NCBI GenBank assembly: GCA_963823655.1
Contig: CAWGMK010000010.1
Coordinates: 32,001-96,000, forward strand
Source of the DNA: an uncultured Bacillota bacterium
GTDB taxonomy: Bacteria > Bacillota > DTU025 > MWDF01
Direction: 5' to 3'
Length of the DNA stretch: 64,000 bases
Under the pieces are notes generated by a model. It had not been told where the DNA came from and made no database searches. It worked only from the letters and a program-made list of their open reading frames with translations. Every line of letters begins with the position of its first letter. Positions within the stretch are counted from its first letter, which is position 1. This document shows positions 11,161 through 23,275 of this stretch, in pieces. A program made the position numbers and the translations under genes.

Positions 11161-12502
11161 GGCCGGGCACCTCCTCGCGGTGGCTCCGCGCATCGGCGGA
11201 GAGACCCGTGTCTGCGATGCCGAAGAGGTGCGCCTGGCGGGCACGCGGCTGCTGCACCACCCAGCGCAGCATCATGCGACTGAGGGTGATGGCCGTGAAC
11301 ATCGAGGTCAGCACGCCGATGATGAGCACGAGCGCGAAGCCTCGCACGACCGACGTCCCGAAGTAGTAGAGGATGAAGGCCGTGATGAGCGTCGAGACGT
11401 TGGAGTCGAGGATGGAGTTCCAAGCCCGGCTGAAGCCGGCCTCGATGGCTGCCGTCAGGTTCTTGCCCGCCCGCAGCTCCTCCTTGGTGCGCTCGAAGAT
11501 GAGGATGTTGGCGTCCACCGCCATGCCCACCGAGAGGATGAAGGCGGCGATGCCGGCCAGCGTCAGCGTCACCCCCAGGAGCCGGAAGAGCGCGTACACG
11601 AAGATCGTGTAGAAGACCAGGGCGACGCAGGCGACCGCGCCGGGGACGCGGTAGTAGATGAGCATGAAGGCGAAGACCAGGGCGATGCCGATGACGCCCG
11701 CCAGCAGCGTCTGCTTCAGGAAGTCGAGGCCGAGCGTGGCCGAGATGCTGCTGAAGCCGACCTCGCGGATCTCGAGCGGCAGCGAGCCGAACTTGAGGAC
11801 CGTGACCAGCGACCGGGCCTCTTCCACCGGGAAGCCGCCCTGGCCCCCGGAGATCTGGGCCCGGCCGCCGAAGCGCGTCGCCTGGATGGTCGGCGCCGAC
11901 ATGACCTGGTCGTCGAGGACGATGGCGAACTGCTCGCCGTAGTGCTGCTCGGCATAGTCGTCGAACAGCCGCGCGCCGGTCTCCTTGAGCTGCAGGTCGA
12001 CCACGATCTCCCGCGTCGTGGGATCCTGGGCGATGGCGGCGCTGGCGATCTCGACGCCCGTGAAGAGCGGCTCGACGTCCAGCATGGCCTCCGGCAGCGG
12101 GCCCTCCGTGACCGTGCCCTGCAGGGCGGCCGGCACGGGCATGAACTCGAGCACGCCGGTGGTGCCGATGAGCTTGCGGATCTCGCCCTCGTCCTCGACG
12201 CCCGGCAGCTCGACCGAGATGCGGTCGGCACCCTGGGTCACGACGATGGGCTCCGCGACGCCTGTCGCGTTGACGCGGCTCTCGATGATCTCGCGCGTCT
12301 GCTCCAGGATGTCACCGGTCACGGCCTGATCGTCCGTGGCGACGACCTGGTACTCGCCGCGCAGGCCGCCGATCAGGTCGAGGCCCAGGCGGGTCTCGAG
12401 CGACTCGCCCTCACCCCCGCCGGGACGCGGGAGGGGGAAGATGGCCACCAGGAGGGCGACCACGAATACGGTCAGCACGATGATGGGAAGCGCGCGTTGC
12501 AT
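11153..12502 (-). CDS. secD: Protein translocase subunit SecD
   Basis: LGLDLIGG, RVNATGVAEP, AIVLDDQVMSAP, GSLPL, GMAVDANILIFER, DSNVSTLI, VRGFA. Confidence 0.96.
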   Translation of the reverse strand: MQRALPIIVLTVFVVALLVAIFPLPRPGGGEGESLETRLGLDLIGGLRGEYQVVATDDQAVTGDILEQTREIIESRVNATGVAEPIVVTQGADRISVELPGVEDEGEIRKLIGTTGVLEFMPVPAALQGTVTEGPLPEAMLDVEPLFTGVEIASAAIAQDPTTREIVVDLQLKETGARLFDDYAEQHYGEQFAIVLDDQVMSAPTIQATRFGGRAQISGGQGGFPVEEARSLVTVLKFGSLPLEIREVGFSSISATLGLDFLKQTLLAGVIGIALVFAFMLIYYRVPGAVACVALVFYTIFVYALFRLLGVTLTLAGIAAFILSVGMAVDANILIFERTKEELRAGKNLTAAIEAGFSRAWNSILDSNVSTLITAFILYYFGTSVVRGFALVLIIGVLTSMFTAITLSRMMLRWVVQQPRARQAHLFGIADTGLSADARSHREEVPGRV

Positions 12503-12599
12503 CGGACGGGACGTTACCAGAGAGAGGCCCGCCGCGTTGGGCGCCGGGCCCGGCCGGGGTGGCGCGGGCCTGGCACGGTCGCCTCCAGGCGAAGCACCC

Positions 12600-14450
12600 T
12601 CAGCCGTCGAGGTGGGCCCGGATGCGCTCCGCCGTGGCCCGGCCGATGCCCGGCACGGCGGCGATCTCGTCCACGCGTCGCGCCCTTCAGGGCGCGGCTC
12701 GACCCGAAGACGCGCAGCAGGGCCCGCTTGCGAGCCGGGCCGACGCCAGCCAGGTCGTCCAGTGCGGAACGTGTGGCGGCCTTGGCACGCACCTGGCGGT
12801 GGTAGGTGATGGCGAAGCGATGCGCCTCGTCGCGCAGCCGCTGTAGCAGGTACAGGGCGCCGGAGCTGGCCGGCAGGACGATGGGCTCGCGCTGTCCAGG
12901 CAGGAAGAGCTCCTCGCGCTCCTTGGCCAGGCCGGCCAGGGGCAGGTCGTGCAGACCGAGCTCGTCGAGGACCTCCCGGGCAGCGCTGACCTGGCCCTTG
13001 CCGCCGTCGATGATGACCAGGTCCGGCAGGCGCCAGCGCAGCTGCTCGGCCGCTCCCTCCTCAGGGGCCAGGGCGCGCCGGAAGCGGCGGCGCAGGACCT
13101 CCTGGTGGCTGGCGAAGTCGTTCTGACCCACGACCTCGCGGATGCGGAAGCGGCGGTACTCACCCGTGCGCGGCTGGCCCTCCTCGAAGACGACCATGCT
13201 GCCCACCGTCGAGGTCCCCTGGATGGTGCTGATGTCGTAGCACTCGATGCGTTCCGGGGGCGCGGCAAGGGCCAGGGCCTCGGCCAGCTCGGCCAGGGCC
13301 CGATCGGTCTTGCCCTGGTCGGCCAGCCAGCGCACCTGCTCGCGGGCCAGGACCTCGGCTGCGTTGCGGGCGGCCAGCTCCATCAGCTGCCGACCCTCAC
13401 CGCGCTGCGGCCGCAGCAGCTCCACCTTGCGGCCCGCGCGGCTGGCCAGGAAGACCTCCAGCTCGCCGGCCTCGGCCAGGTGGAACGGCACCAGCACGCG
13501 CGGCGGGCACGGAGCCGGCGCGGGCGTAGTACTGCTTGACGAAGGCCGCCAGTGCCTCCTCGTCCGTGGCGTCGGCGAGGTTCTCGAGCAGGAAGATGTC
13601 CCGGTTGGTGGTCTTGCCGTCACGGATGGCGAAGAGCTGGACGGCGGCCTCGTTGCCCGACCGCGCGTAGCCCAGTACGTCCAGGACACGCTTGGCGAAG
13701 CCGGCCATCTTCTGGCTCTCCATGGTCCGCTCGATGGCGCGCACCTTGTCGCGCAGGGCGGCCGCACGCTCGAACTCGAGCGCCTCCGAGGCGGCCTCCA
13801 TGTCAGCCCGGAGCGAGCGTGAGACCTGCTCCTGGCGGCCCTCGAGGAAGAGCATGACCTGCTCGATGTCGCGCCGATAGGCGGACCGCTCGATGGCCTC
13901 GACGCAGGGGCCCTGGCAGCGCTTGATGTGGTAGAGCAGGCAGGGCCGCTCGAGGGCGCGCTCCCCTTCCCTGATCTCGATGGTGCAGGTGCGGAAGGGG
14001 AAGATGCGCCGGATGAGGTTCATCGACTCGTCGACGCTGCTGGCCGAGGCGTAGGGGCCGAAGTAGCGGCTGCCGTCGTCGGGCAGCTTGCGGGTGCGCT
14101 CGATGCGCGGGAAGTCGTCGGCCAGCGTGACCTTGATGTAGGGGTAGGACTTGTCGTCCTTGAGGCGCACGTTGAAGCGCGGCTGGTAGCGCTTGATGAG
14201 CGTTGGCCTCCAGCAGGAGCGCCTCGCTGACGGTGTCCGTGAGCGTCGTCTCGACGTCCGCCACCTGGTCGATGGCCGATTCGATGCGCAAGGGGGCGGC
14301 CGAGCGGCCGGCCTGCCAGTACTGGCGCACCCGGTTGCGCAGGCTCTGGGCCTTGCCCACGTAGAGGACGCGGCCGGCGGCGTCCTTGAGCAGGTAGACG
14401 CCGGGCTTGTCGGGCAGGTGCTTGAGGGTCGCCGCGAGCCGTGGGGTCAC
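12600..14450 (-). CDS. uvrC: Excinuclease ABC subunit C (frameshifted)
   Basis: [68 protein letters not shown], HhH motifs. Confidence 0.96.
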
Positions 14451-14514
14451 CCGGGGATGCTAGCGCGGGCGCGCGATGGGCCGTGGTCACGCGACGAGCC
14501 GCGGACGCGAGCCT

Positions 14515-14547
14515 AGCCGTAAGAGAGCCGTAAGAGAGCCGTCAGGG
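14515..14547. promoter_or_regulatory. Three 11-bp direct repeats (AGCCGTAAGAG x2, AGCCGTCAGGG) in the divergent uvrC/helicase promoter region
   Basis: Repeat read directly; the 11-bp period is typical of OmpR/PhoB-type sites (inference). Confidence 0.5.
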
Positions 14548-14568
14548 ACGATCCTCATCATCGCGCCC

Positions 14569-16198
14569 ATGCCTGGAGCGAGCGTCGAGCCTGGCGGATC
14601 TGCCGGCACCCGTGCGTGCGCGGCTGGCACGCCTGGCACCGGACCAGCGCGCCGCGGCCATCGCGGACCGGGGACCCGTCCTGTGCGTGGCTCCCGCGGG
14701 ATCCGGCAAGACGACGACCCTCGTGGCGCGCATCGCCTGGCGAGTCGCCTGCGGCGCCGACCCGGCAACCATCTGCGCCCTGACGTTCAACCGTCGCGCC
14801 GCGCAGGAGCTCCAGGAGCGGGCCGACGCGGCCCTCGGTGAGCTGGGCCAGGCTCCTGGCAGCGTGCGCGTCCGCACCTTCCATGCGCTGGGGCGGGCCA
14901 TCCTCGCGGATGCCGGGGTGGATGTCACTCGCACTCGTCGAGCGCCGCGAGCTGCTGGCGGAGCTGGCCGGCGGACCGCTGCCGGCCGAGGCGCTGCGCT
15001 GGCTGGACGACGCCTTCACCCGCCTCAAGCTGGACCCGGAGCGAGGTCCGCCGGCGGAGGACGCGGCCACCCATGACGCCTTCGCGGAGTACCAGGCCGG
15101 GCTGGCCGCGCGTGGTGCCCTCGACCTCGACGACCTCGTGGCTCGGGCGCTCCCGGCGCTGGTCGATGACACGGCACTCCTGCGGACGCTGGCGCGGCCG
15201 TGCCTCCGTGCTCTTCGTGGATGAGGCCCAGGACCTCGACCGGACACAGCTGGACCTCGCAGTGCTGCTGGCCGGCGAGCGAGCGTGACATCTTCCTCGT
15301 GGGAGACGACGACCAGACCATCTACGCCTGGCGACTGGCAGATGTGCGGAGGGTCCTGGGCCTCGCCGCACGGCTGCCCGGCCTGCGCCGCGTGGACCTC
15401 GAGACCAACCACCGCTGCGCCCCGGAGGTCGTGCGCCGGGCGGCCCGGCTCGTGGCCCACAACCAAGAACGCTTCGACAAGGTCATCCGCTGGTCGCCAG
15501 CCGCACGAGGGCGCGGTCGTGCTCCTTCCGGACAGCGGCGACGAGGTCGCGCGGGCACGCTTCCTGCTGACCTCCTGGGCGAAGGACGGCTGCGACGACG
15601 GGCCGTGCACCCGGGCCATCCTGGCGCGGACGAACGCCGAGCTCGTGCCCTTCGCGGCAGTGGCCCTTGAGCTCGGGCTGCCCTGCCGAGTGGACGATGA
15701 TGGCCTGCTCCTCGATACACCGGGCCTGGGTCGAGGCCATCGACCGCGGCCGCCGACCGGGCCGCCAGCGGAGCGGCGCCGCTGCTGGCCGTCGCGGCGG
15801 CGGTACAGGAGGCGGGGCTCGACGCTCCGGTCGCAGCGGCCCTGCTCTCGTGGGCTGCCCCCTACCGCGGACCTGGGCGCGCTGCGGCGGGACCTCGAGG
15901 ACCGCCTGGCGCAGCGGACGCGCCTGGCCGGGCTGGAGGGCGCGCTCACCCTGGCCACCTTCCACGGCACCAAGGGCCTCGAGTGGGACCACGTCGCCTG
16001 CATCGGTCACGACGAGGGCATCTTCCCGGCCGCGCGGGCCCTGCGGGAGGCGCCGAGCCGCGGCGCGTCCTGGAGGAGGAGCGGCGGCTGGCCTACGTGG
16101 CCTGGACGCGAGCCCGTCGGACGTTGACCATCGTGTACGACCCGGGCGCGCCCTCGCGCTTCCTGCGCGAGGCCTTCGACGGTGCGGAGCTCGCCTGA
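14569..16198 (+). CDS. UvrD/PcrA-like SF1 ATP-dependent helicase, compact form (frameshifted)
   Basis: APAGSGKT, LTFNRRAA, RTFHALG, LFVDEAQD, VGDDDQTIYAWR, LETNHRC, ILARTN, LATFHGTKGLEW, EERRLAYVAWTRAR. Confidence 0.9.
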
Positions 16199-16209
16199 CC
16201 GGTGGCGCG

Positions 16210-16646
16210 CTAGCGAACCTTGCGCAGGTCCACCGAGTAGTCGACCGACGCGCGCAGCTGGATGAGGCCCGCCGCCCAGATCTCGATGGCGCGGGCGAAC
16301 TCGTCGAGAACGGCGTCGTTGGCGATGTCGTAGGGGCCGTCGGTGAGCGTGACCAGCGAGCCCCAGCCCTTGGGGTGGATGCTCGACCGACGACCTCCGT
16401 CGCCAGGCCCAGGCCGCTCGGGTGGAGCCAGCGGAAGCGGAAGGTGCTGCTCGGCTGAGCCGCCAGGACGTCGATCTCGATCTGCTGGCGCGGGAAGACG
16501 AGCACGCTGCGGGCGCCGGGCAGCAGCGAGCCCTGCACCTGGTAGCAGAGCCACTGCGTCATCGTGTCCGGGTCGGACCACATCCGGTAGACACGCTCGG
16601 GCGGAGCGTCCGTGATGCGCTCCAGTCGGACCATCCGTGTGCTCAC
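16210..16646 (-). CDS. SRPBCC/AHSA1-like domain protein (frameshifted)
   Basis: LERITDAPPERVYRMWSDP..QW, FRFRW, C-terminal W..GLIQLRASV. Confidence 0.75.
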
Positions 16647-17206
16647 AGCCCCAGCTCCTCTCCGACGGTCCGAAGACCGGCGATGACGTTCCCGATGTGG
16701 TCCTCGAGCGGCAGGCTGAGCTCATCGGCACCCTTGACGAGCTGGTCGCGGGGCACCTGCCGGGCGAAGCCCTTGTCCTTCATCTTCTTGCGCACCGCCT
16801 CCACGTCGACCTCGTCCAGGCTGCGGTTCGGGCGCACCAGCGCGACGGCGACGACGAAGCCGCTCATCTCGTCGCAAGCGTAGACGGTATGGGCCAGGTC
16901 GCTCGTGCGTGGCTGGCCGGTGTGATCGCCGTGACCCAGGACGGCGTCCACCACGCCTCGGGATAGCCCAGGCGGCGCAGCTCCTCCGCACCCTGCAGCG
17001 GGTGCGTCTCCGGGTACCGCTCGTAGTCGAAGTCGTGGAGAAGGCCGGCCATGCGCCAGCGCTCCAGGTCCGCGCCGGCCAGCACCGAAGTGGTGCTCCG
17101 CATACCAGCCCACGGCCGCCTCCACGGCCAGCCCGTGGCGGCGCAGGCTCTCGCTGCTGGTCCACTCGCAGAGCAGGTCCCAGGCGTCATCGCGGGTGGG
17201 TGACAT
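16643..17206 (-). CDS. HD-domain (HDIG-like) metal-dependent hydrolase (frameshifted)
   Basis: SLRRHGLAVEAA, GLLHDFDYE, ACDEMSGFVVA..LVRP, KKMKDKGFAR. Confidence 0.88.
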   Translation of the reverse strand: MSPTRDDAWDLLCEWTSSESLRRHGLAVEAAVGWYAEHHFGAGRRGPGALAHGRPSPRLRLRAVPGDAPAAGCGGAAPPGLSRGVVDAVLGHGDHTGQPRTSDLAHTVYACDEMSGFVVAVALVRPNRSLDEVDVEAVRKKMKDKGFARQVPRDQLVKGADELSLPLEDHIGNVIAGLRTVGEELGL

Positions 17207-17353
17207 CGTCGGCCTCCTTGGTCGAGGATCACGGCACCGGGCTCGGAAACCGTGGCTCTCCACAGGCTACCCGAAGCGGGATCGCCCCGCGGTCGGCACG
17301 GCCCAGGGTGCCCGGGCCGGGCCGGGCGAGGCCGGGCGGGGCCGGCCGGAGCG

Positions 17354-18052
17354 TCAGTGCGGCTCGTCCACGACCGCCGGCTCGGCGCCCTCGGCGACGG
17401 CCGGTTGGGCGCCCCGCCGACCCCGGCTGCGGATGCGGGCCGACACCTCCTCGCGGTTGTGGCGGAGGAGGTGGATGAACGTCGGCAGGAGGCTCAGCAG
17501 GACCACGACGGCCAGGATGATCAGGAGCCACTGGTCGAGCGCGTCTCCCATGGCCGATCCGAGCGCGTACCCGGCCAGGGGCAGGAGCACGGCCCACAGG
17601 AAGGCGCCGGTGAAGTTGAAGACGGCGAAGCGCCGATAGCGCATCTGGGCCGCGCCCGCCACGATCGGCGCGAACGTGCGCACGAAGGGCATGAAGCGCG
17701 CCACCACGATGGTCTTGCCGCCATGGCGTTCATAGAACTGCTCGGCCGCGAGCAGGTGGCTGCGCCGGAAGAACCGTGATTCCGGTCGCTCGTACAGACG
17801 CCTCCCGAAGCGGTGTCCGAAGGCATAACCGACGGCATCGCCAGTGACGGCCGCGAAGAAGCAGACGGCGATGACGAGCTCGATGGGGAAGGCATCGGGA
17901 CGCGCCGCGGCCAGGACGCCGGCCGTGATGAGGAGGCTGTCACCGGGCAGGAAGAAGCCGAAGAAGAGGCCCGACTCGGCGAAGATGATGGACGCCAGCC
18001 CGAGCACGCCGATGGTCAGCAGGAGCTGCTCGAGATCGACCCCGGGGAGCAT
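17354..18052 (-). CDS. DedA/VTT family membrane protein
   Basis: IFAESGLFFGFFLPGDSLL, GDAVGY, ARFMPFVRTFAP. Confidence 0.93.
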   Translation of the reverse strand: MLPGVDLEQLLLTIGVLGLASIIFAESGLFFGFFLPGDSLLITAGVLAAARPDAFPIELVIAVCFFAAVTGDAVGYAFGHRFGRRLYERPESRFFRRSHLLAAEQFYERHGGKTIVVARFMPFVRTFAPIVAGAAQMRYRRFAVFNFTGAFLWAVLLPLAGYALGSAMGDALDQWLLIILAVVVLLSLLPTFIHLLRHNREEVSARIRSRGRRGAQPAVAEGAEPAVVDEPH

Positions 18053-18234
18053 CAGCGCACGGTCCGCTCAGGAAACCGCGGTGGCAAGAGACGACGACAT
18101 GCCGTGCAGTCTAGGCCAAGCCCCTCGCGACCATGTCAGCGTGGTGATAGCGCAGTTCCCCACTGGCCGCATGGCATGGCCAGGCGCGACCACCGATGGC
18201 AGCCGCGGTCCGGCGTCCAGGACGCTGCCCTCGC

Positions 18235-21200
18235 TCAGGATGCCGCCGCGACGCGCCGACCACGGGTCCGGGTGGACCGAGCCACGCGCGGCTCGTCTTG
18301 GGCCGACTGGCGCCGCCTGGGCGGCTGGGCCGCCTGGGCCGGCTGGGCGGCCGGCCCGGGCGCGGGTCCCGGTCGCGCTCCCCGGAAGGTGACTCCCGAG
18401 AGGGGCACGACGGGCTCACCGCGCAGGACGCGGGCCAGGTACTCGCCGGTCGCCGAGCCGGGCGCGGCCGCGATCTCCTCCGGCGTGCCCTCGGCCACGA
18501 TGCGGCCGCCGCGCGCGCCGCCCTCCGGTCCCAGGTCGATGATCCAGTCGGCCGTCTTGATGACGTCCAGGTTGTGCTCGATGACGATGACCGTGTTGCC
18601 GGTGTCCACGAGCCGATGGAGCACCTGGAGGAGCTTCTCCACGTCCGCGAAGTGGAGGCCGGTGGTGGGCTCGTCGAGGATGTAGACGGTGCGCCCGGTG
18701 GCGCGCCGCGACAGCTCCGTGGCCAGCTTGACGCGCTGCGCCTCACCGCCGGAGAGGGTGGTGGCCGGCTGCCCCAGGCGGATGTAGCCGAGCCCCACGT
18801 CCACGAGCGTCTGGAGCTTGTTGCGGATGGCCGGCACGGCGTGGAAGACCTCCAGCGCCTCCTCCGCGGTCATCGCCAGGACGTCCGCGATGGAGTGGCC
18901 GCGGTAGTGGATCTCCAGCGCCTCGCGGTTGTAGCGCTGCGCCGTGACAGACCTCGCAGGGCACGTAGACGTCCGGCAGGAACTGCATCTCGATCTTCAG
19001 GATGCCGTCGCCCTTGCAGTTCTCGCAGCGGCCGCCCTTCACGTTGAAGCTGAAGCGGCCGGGGCCGTAGCCCCGCACGCGCGACTCCGGCACGCCCGCG
19101 AAGAGCTCGCGGATGGGGCCGAAGAGGCCCGTGTAGGTGGCCGGGTTGGAGCGTGGCGTGCGGCCGATGGGGCTCTGGTCGATGTCGATGACCTTGTCGA
19201 TGGCCTCCGTGCCCTCGAGGGCATCGTGGGCACCCGGCTCCGACGCGCGCGCCGCTGACGCTGCGGGCCAGGGCCCGGTAGAGGACGTCCGTGACGAGCG
19301 TGGACTTGCCCGAGCCCGAGACGCCGGTGACGGCGGTGAAGGTGCCCAGCGGGAAGCGCACGTCGAGGTCCTTGAGGTTGTGCTCCCGAGCGCCGCGCAC
19401 GATGAGGGCCTTGCCGTTGCCGGGGCGCCGCTCGTCCGGCACGGGCACCGTGCGCTCGCCGCGCAGGAAGGCGCCGGTGACCGAGCGCGGCTCCGCGAGG
19501 ATGACCTCGAGGGGGCCGCTGGCGATGACCTCTCCGCCGTGCTCGCCGGCCGCCGGCCCGATGTCCACGACCCAGTCGGCCACCCGGATGGTCTCCTCGT
19601 CGTGCTCCACCACGATGAGCGTGTTGCCGATGTCCCGCAGCCGGATGAGCGTGGCGATGAGCTTGGCGTTGTCCTTCTGGTGCAGGCCGATGGTGGGCTC
19701 GTCGAGGATGTAGAGGACGCCCACCAGGCTGGAGCCGATCTGGGTGGCCAGCCGGATGCGCTGCGCCTCGCCGCCGGAGAGCGTGGCGCTGGTGCGGTCG
19801 ATGGTCAGGTAGTCGAGGCCGACGTCCGCGAGGAAGCCGAGCCGCTCGCCGATCTCCTTGGTGACCAGCCGCGCGATGGTCAGCTCGCGCTCGTTCAGCG
19901 TGTCCGGCGAGGGCGCGCCACCCAGGCCAGCGCCTCGCTCACCGACATGGCCGCGACGTCCGCGATGTGCCGCTCGCCGATGGTCACGCCCAGCGCCTCC
20001 GGCTTGAGCCGCCGCCCGCGCAGGTGGGGCAGGGTCGCTCGACCATGTACTTCTCGAGCTCGGTGCGGATGTACTCCGACTCCGTCTCGCGGTAGCGCCG
20101 CTCGAGGTTGGTGACGATGCCCTCGAAGGTGGCCAGGTAGGAGTTCTCGCCGCGCTCGTGCCGGTAGCGCACCTCGACGCGCTCGCTGCGCTTGGCGAAG
20201 AGCAGGTAGTCGAGCGCCTCCGTGCGGCAGGTCCTCGATGGCGGCGCGGTAGTCCCAGCCGTGGGCGTCCATGATCGGCCTTCGTCGTCTTGAGCCGCCA
20301 GGAGAGCTCCGTGGGCACCGTGCGCCAGGGCGCCATGGCGCCATCCGGGATGGACCGGGAGCGGTCCGGGATGATGCGCTCGACGGAGAACTCCAGGCGG
20401 ATGCCCAGGCCGGTGCAGTCCGGGCAGGCGCCGTGGGGCGAGTTGAAGGAGAAGGAGCGCGGCTCCAGCTCGTCGATGGTCGTGCCGTCGTAGGCGCAGC
20501 TGTAGCTTCTCGCTGTAGCGCTGCTCCTCGAAGGCGCCGGCGTCCGCGGGCGCCACGAGCATGACGCCCTCGCCCAGGCGCAGGGCCGTCTCCACCGAGT
20601 CGGCCAGGCGCGCCGCGTCCGGATCGGGATTGGTCAGCGTCGAAGGGGCGGCCGTCAGCGTCCGCGTGGCGGACGATGAGCCGGTCGACCACGACCTCGA
20701 TGCTGTGGCGCTTGTACTTGTCGAGCGCGGGCGCCTCATCCAGGTCCATGAGCTCGCCGTCCACCCGGACGCGCACGAAGCCCTGGCGCCGGGCGGCGGC
20801 GAAGACGCGCTCACCCTCCGTCTTGCGGTCCTTGATGAGCGGGCCGAGGACCAGGATGCGGGAGCCGTCCGGCAGGGCCCGGATGCGGTCGACGATCTGC
20901 TGCACGCTCATGCGCGCGATCTCACGGCCGCAGCTGCGGGCAGTGCGGGATGGCCGACGCGCGCGAAGAGCAGGCGCAGGTGGTCGTAGATCTCCGTCAC
21001 CGTGCCCACCGTGGAGCGCGGGTTGCGGCTGGCGCCCTTCTGGTCGATGGAGATGGCCGGCGAGAGCCCCTCGATGTGGTCGACGTCCGGCTTCTCCATC
21101 TGGCCCAGGAACTGGCGGGCGTAGGCGGAGAGCGACTCCACGTAGCGGCGCTGGCCCTCCGCGTAGATGGTGTCGAAGGCAAGGCTGGACTTGCCGCTGC

Positions 21201-21306
21201 CGGAGAGGCCGGTGATGACGATCAGCCGGTCACGCGGCAGCTCCACGGTGATGTTCTTGAGGTTGTGCTCGCGCGCGCCGCGAACGATGAGCAGATCCTG
21301 GGGCAC
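18235..21306 (-). CDS. uvrA: Excinuclease ABC subunit A (frameshifted)
   Basis: [82 protein letters not shown]. Confidence 0.97.
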
Positions 21307-21336
21307 CCTCCCAGTGTACCGCAGGCGGGGGCATTT

Positions 21337-21350
21337 GGAACGCGCGTTCG
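21337..21350. promoter_or_regulatory. LexA (SOS) box upstream of uvrA: GGAAC-GCGC-GTTCG
   Basis: Perfect GAAC-N4-GTTC core in the -35 region of a TACACT -10 (21313-21318, minus strand). Confidence 0.85.
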
Positions 21351-21406
21351 AAGTGCGTGTCATCGGCCGAGCCGTCCTGGTACGGCTCCCGCTGCGCGGG
21401 TGCCGC

Positions 21407-22711
21407 CTACTGTCCTGGAGGTGCCCCCTGCCCCGGCACGGGCACCTGCCCTGCAGGCGGCACCACCTCGACCGGCACCAGCACGAGGTCCTGCGCCACG
21501 GCCTTGTCGAAGAAGAGTCGGAAGAGGTCTCGCACGATGGAGGCCACCGGCAGTGCCACGATGGCCCCGATGATGCCGCCCAGCGCGAAGCCGATGGCGA
21601 TGAGCACGAGCACGGACGCGCCCGTGAAGTTGATCATCTTGCCCTCGAAGGTGGGCACCAGGATGGAGCCCTCGATGTTGAAGGCGATGAAGTAGTAGAC
21701 GCTCACCAGCACGATCGCCGCCGGCCCGGAGGCGAGGGCCAGGATGAGTGCCGGGATGTAGCTGATGATGGGGCCGATCTGCGGATCAGCTCCATGACGA
21801 ACGCGACGAGCCCCAGCAGGACGGCGTACTGCATGAGCAGTGGCGAGTCGGTCAGGGCACCGATGACCAGCATGCCCAGGGTGATGATGACGAACATGAT
21901 CGAGCCGACGAAGAGCTCGGCCTTGAAGTACTGGGCGACGTTGCCGACGGTGATGGTCAGGATGCGGCTGACATCGTCCCTCCACGGCTCCGGGACGCGC
22001 TCGTAGAACGTCGCGGACATGCGCGGCTGGTCCTTGAGCAGGTAGAAGAGGAAGAATGGCAGCAGGAACCAGGCGAAGAGCCCACCGAGGAAGCTCAGGG
22101 CGCTGCCGATGATGCCACTGGCGACCGTCTCCTCGTCCACGGCCGCGGCATTGTCCTGGGCAGAGGCGATGATGGCGTCGATGGCTGAGCGCAGCTCGGG
22201 CGGCAGGTCGAGGCTTTCGTACCAGGCGCTCAGGTCCTCGAGGTAGGTCGGCAGGTTCTCCATGAAGGCGATGCCCTGCTCGACGATGATGATGACCACC
22301 GTGAACAGGACGATGAGCGCCCCGAAGATCGTGACCGCGACGACGGCGATGGCGGCCAGCCAGCGTGGCCAGCCATGTCGCACGAGCCAGCCGACGACCG
22401 GGACGAGGAAGAACGCCAGTGCCGCGCCGACCCCGAAGACGAAGAGGGCGCTGGCCGACAGGACGAAGACGATGACGGAGAGGACGCCCAGCAGGAGAGC
22501 GATGAGGAAGGGTCGACTCGGGGCCTGGGAGGGTCGGAAGGCAGCGCGCATGCCGGGTGGCGTGGTCGCTGTCGCGGCCATCACACCGGTGTCCGCGCCG
22601 GCCTGCGGGGCGACGGGCTCGCTCCGCCCGACGGTGGGCTCGGCCGAGGCGGCCTCGGCCGAGGTCGCGTCGACCGGCCCGGGTGGCTCCTGGCCTCGCC
22701 GCTACGTCCAC
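21407..22711 (-). CDS. AI-2E/PerM family transporter (frameshifted)
   Basis: [50 protein letters not shown]. Confidence 0.88.
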   Translation of the reverse strand: MDVAARPGATRAGRRDLGRGRLGRAHRRAERARRPAGRRGHRCDGRDSDHATRHARCLPTLPGPESTLPHRSPAGRPLRHRLRPVGQRPLRLRGRRGTGVLPRPGRRLARATWLATLAGRHRRRRGHDLRGAHRPVHGGHHHRRAGHRLHGEPADLPRGPERLVRKPRPAARAALSHRRHHRLCPGQCRGRGRGDGRQWHHRQRPELPRWALRLVPAAILPLLPAQGPAAHVRDVLRARPGAVEGRCQPHPDHHRRQRRPVLQGRALRRLDHVRHHHPGHAGHRCPDRLATAHAVRRPAGARRVRHGADPQIGPIISYIPALILALASGPAAIVLVSVYYFIAFNIEGSILVPTFEGKMINFTGASVLVLIAIGFALGGIIGAIVALPVASIVRDLFRLFFDKAVAQDLVLVPVEVVPPAGQVPVPGQGAPPGQ

Positions 22712-22744
22712 GGGGCGAGGCTAGCACAGGCCTCAGGTCGAACG

Positions 22745-23230
22745 GAGCCATTCCTGCTTCCAGTGCCGGAGTCGCGAGACCACGGCGGAGTCGTCGCCCT
22801 GAAGTCACGGTCTGCGGTCCGGCGCGAGGCGTCATCGACCTCGTCATCGAGGACATGAACGAACCCGCCGTCGTCGCCTGCGAGGCACAGTCGCAGCTCC
22901 GTCGGCTCGAACAGCAGATCCCGCTGGGCCACCATGAAGGCCGATGCTCTGGCCGAGGCCCGCGACCCCGCGGAACGTGACGACGGGGCCGCCGGTCATG
23001 CCGCCGTCTCGCGCCTGCTGCGCTGCGTTCGACCCAGGCGAATCGCCACGTCGTGACCGAGTTCCGCGAACTGCTGGCTGTGGCGTACCCGGGCGCGCTA
23101 CGTGGACCTCGTCGCTGCCATCACCGGCACGGCGCCGTGGCCAGGCCCCGGCCTCTTGTGGTGCGAGGTGGATGGGCAGGGGGCGCGCATCCTCGAGCGG
23201 CCGCCGCGTGGTGTCCGCCTGGGACGATAG
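22745..23230 (+). pseudogene. 5'-truncated PD-(D/E)XK-like domain remnant, apparently related to the HTH-nuclease family at 49.4 kb
   Basis: Stitched frames: PEVTVCGPARGVIDLVIED..VVACEAQSQLRRLEQQ..SRLL..NRHVVTEFRELLAVAYP..PWPGPGLLW..RPPRGVRLGR*; no HTH or start codon upstream. Confidence 0.5.
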
Positions 23231-23275
23231 GGGTGCCACATCATCGAGGTGGTGGTGCCGCCGCGGTCGCGCCGG

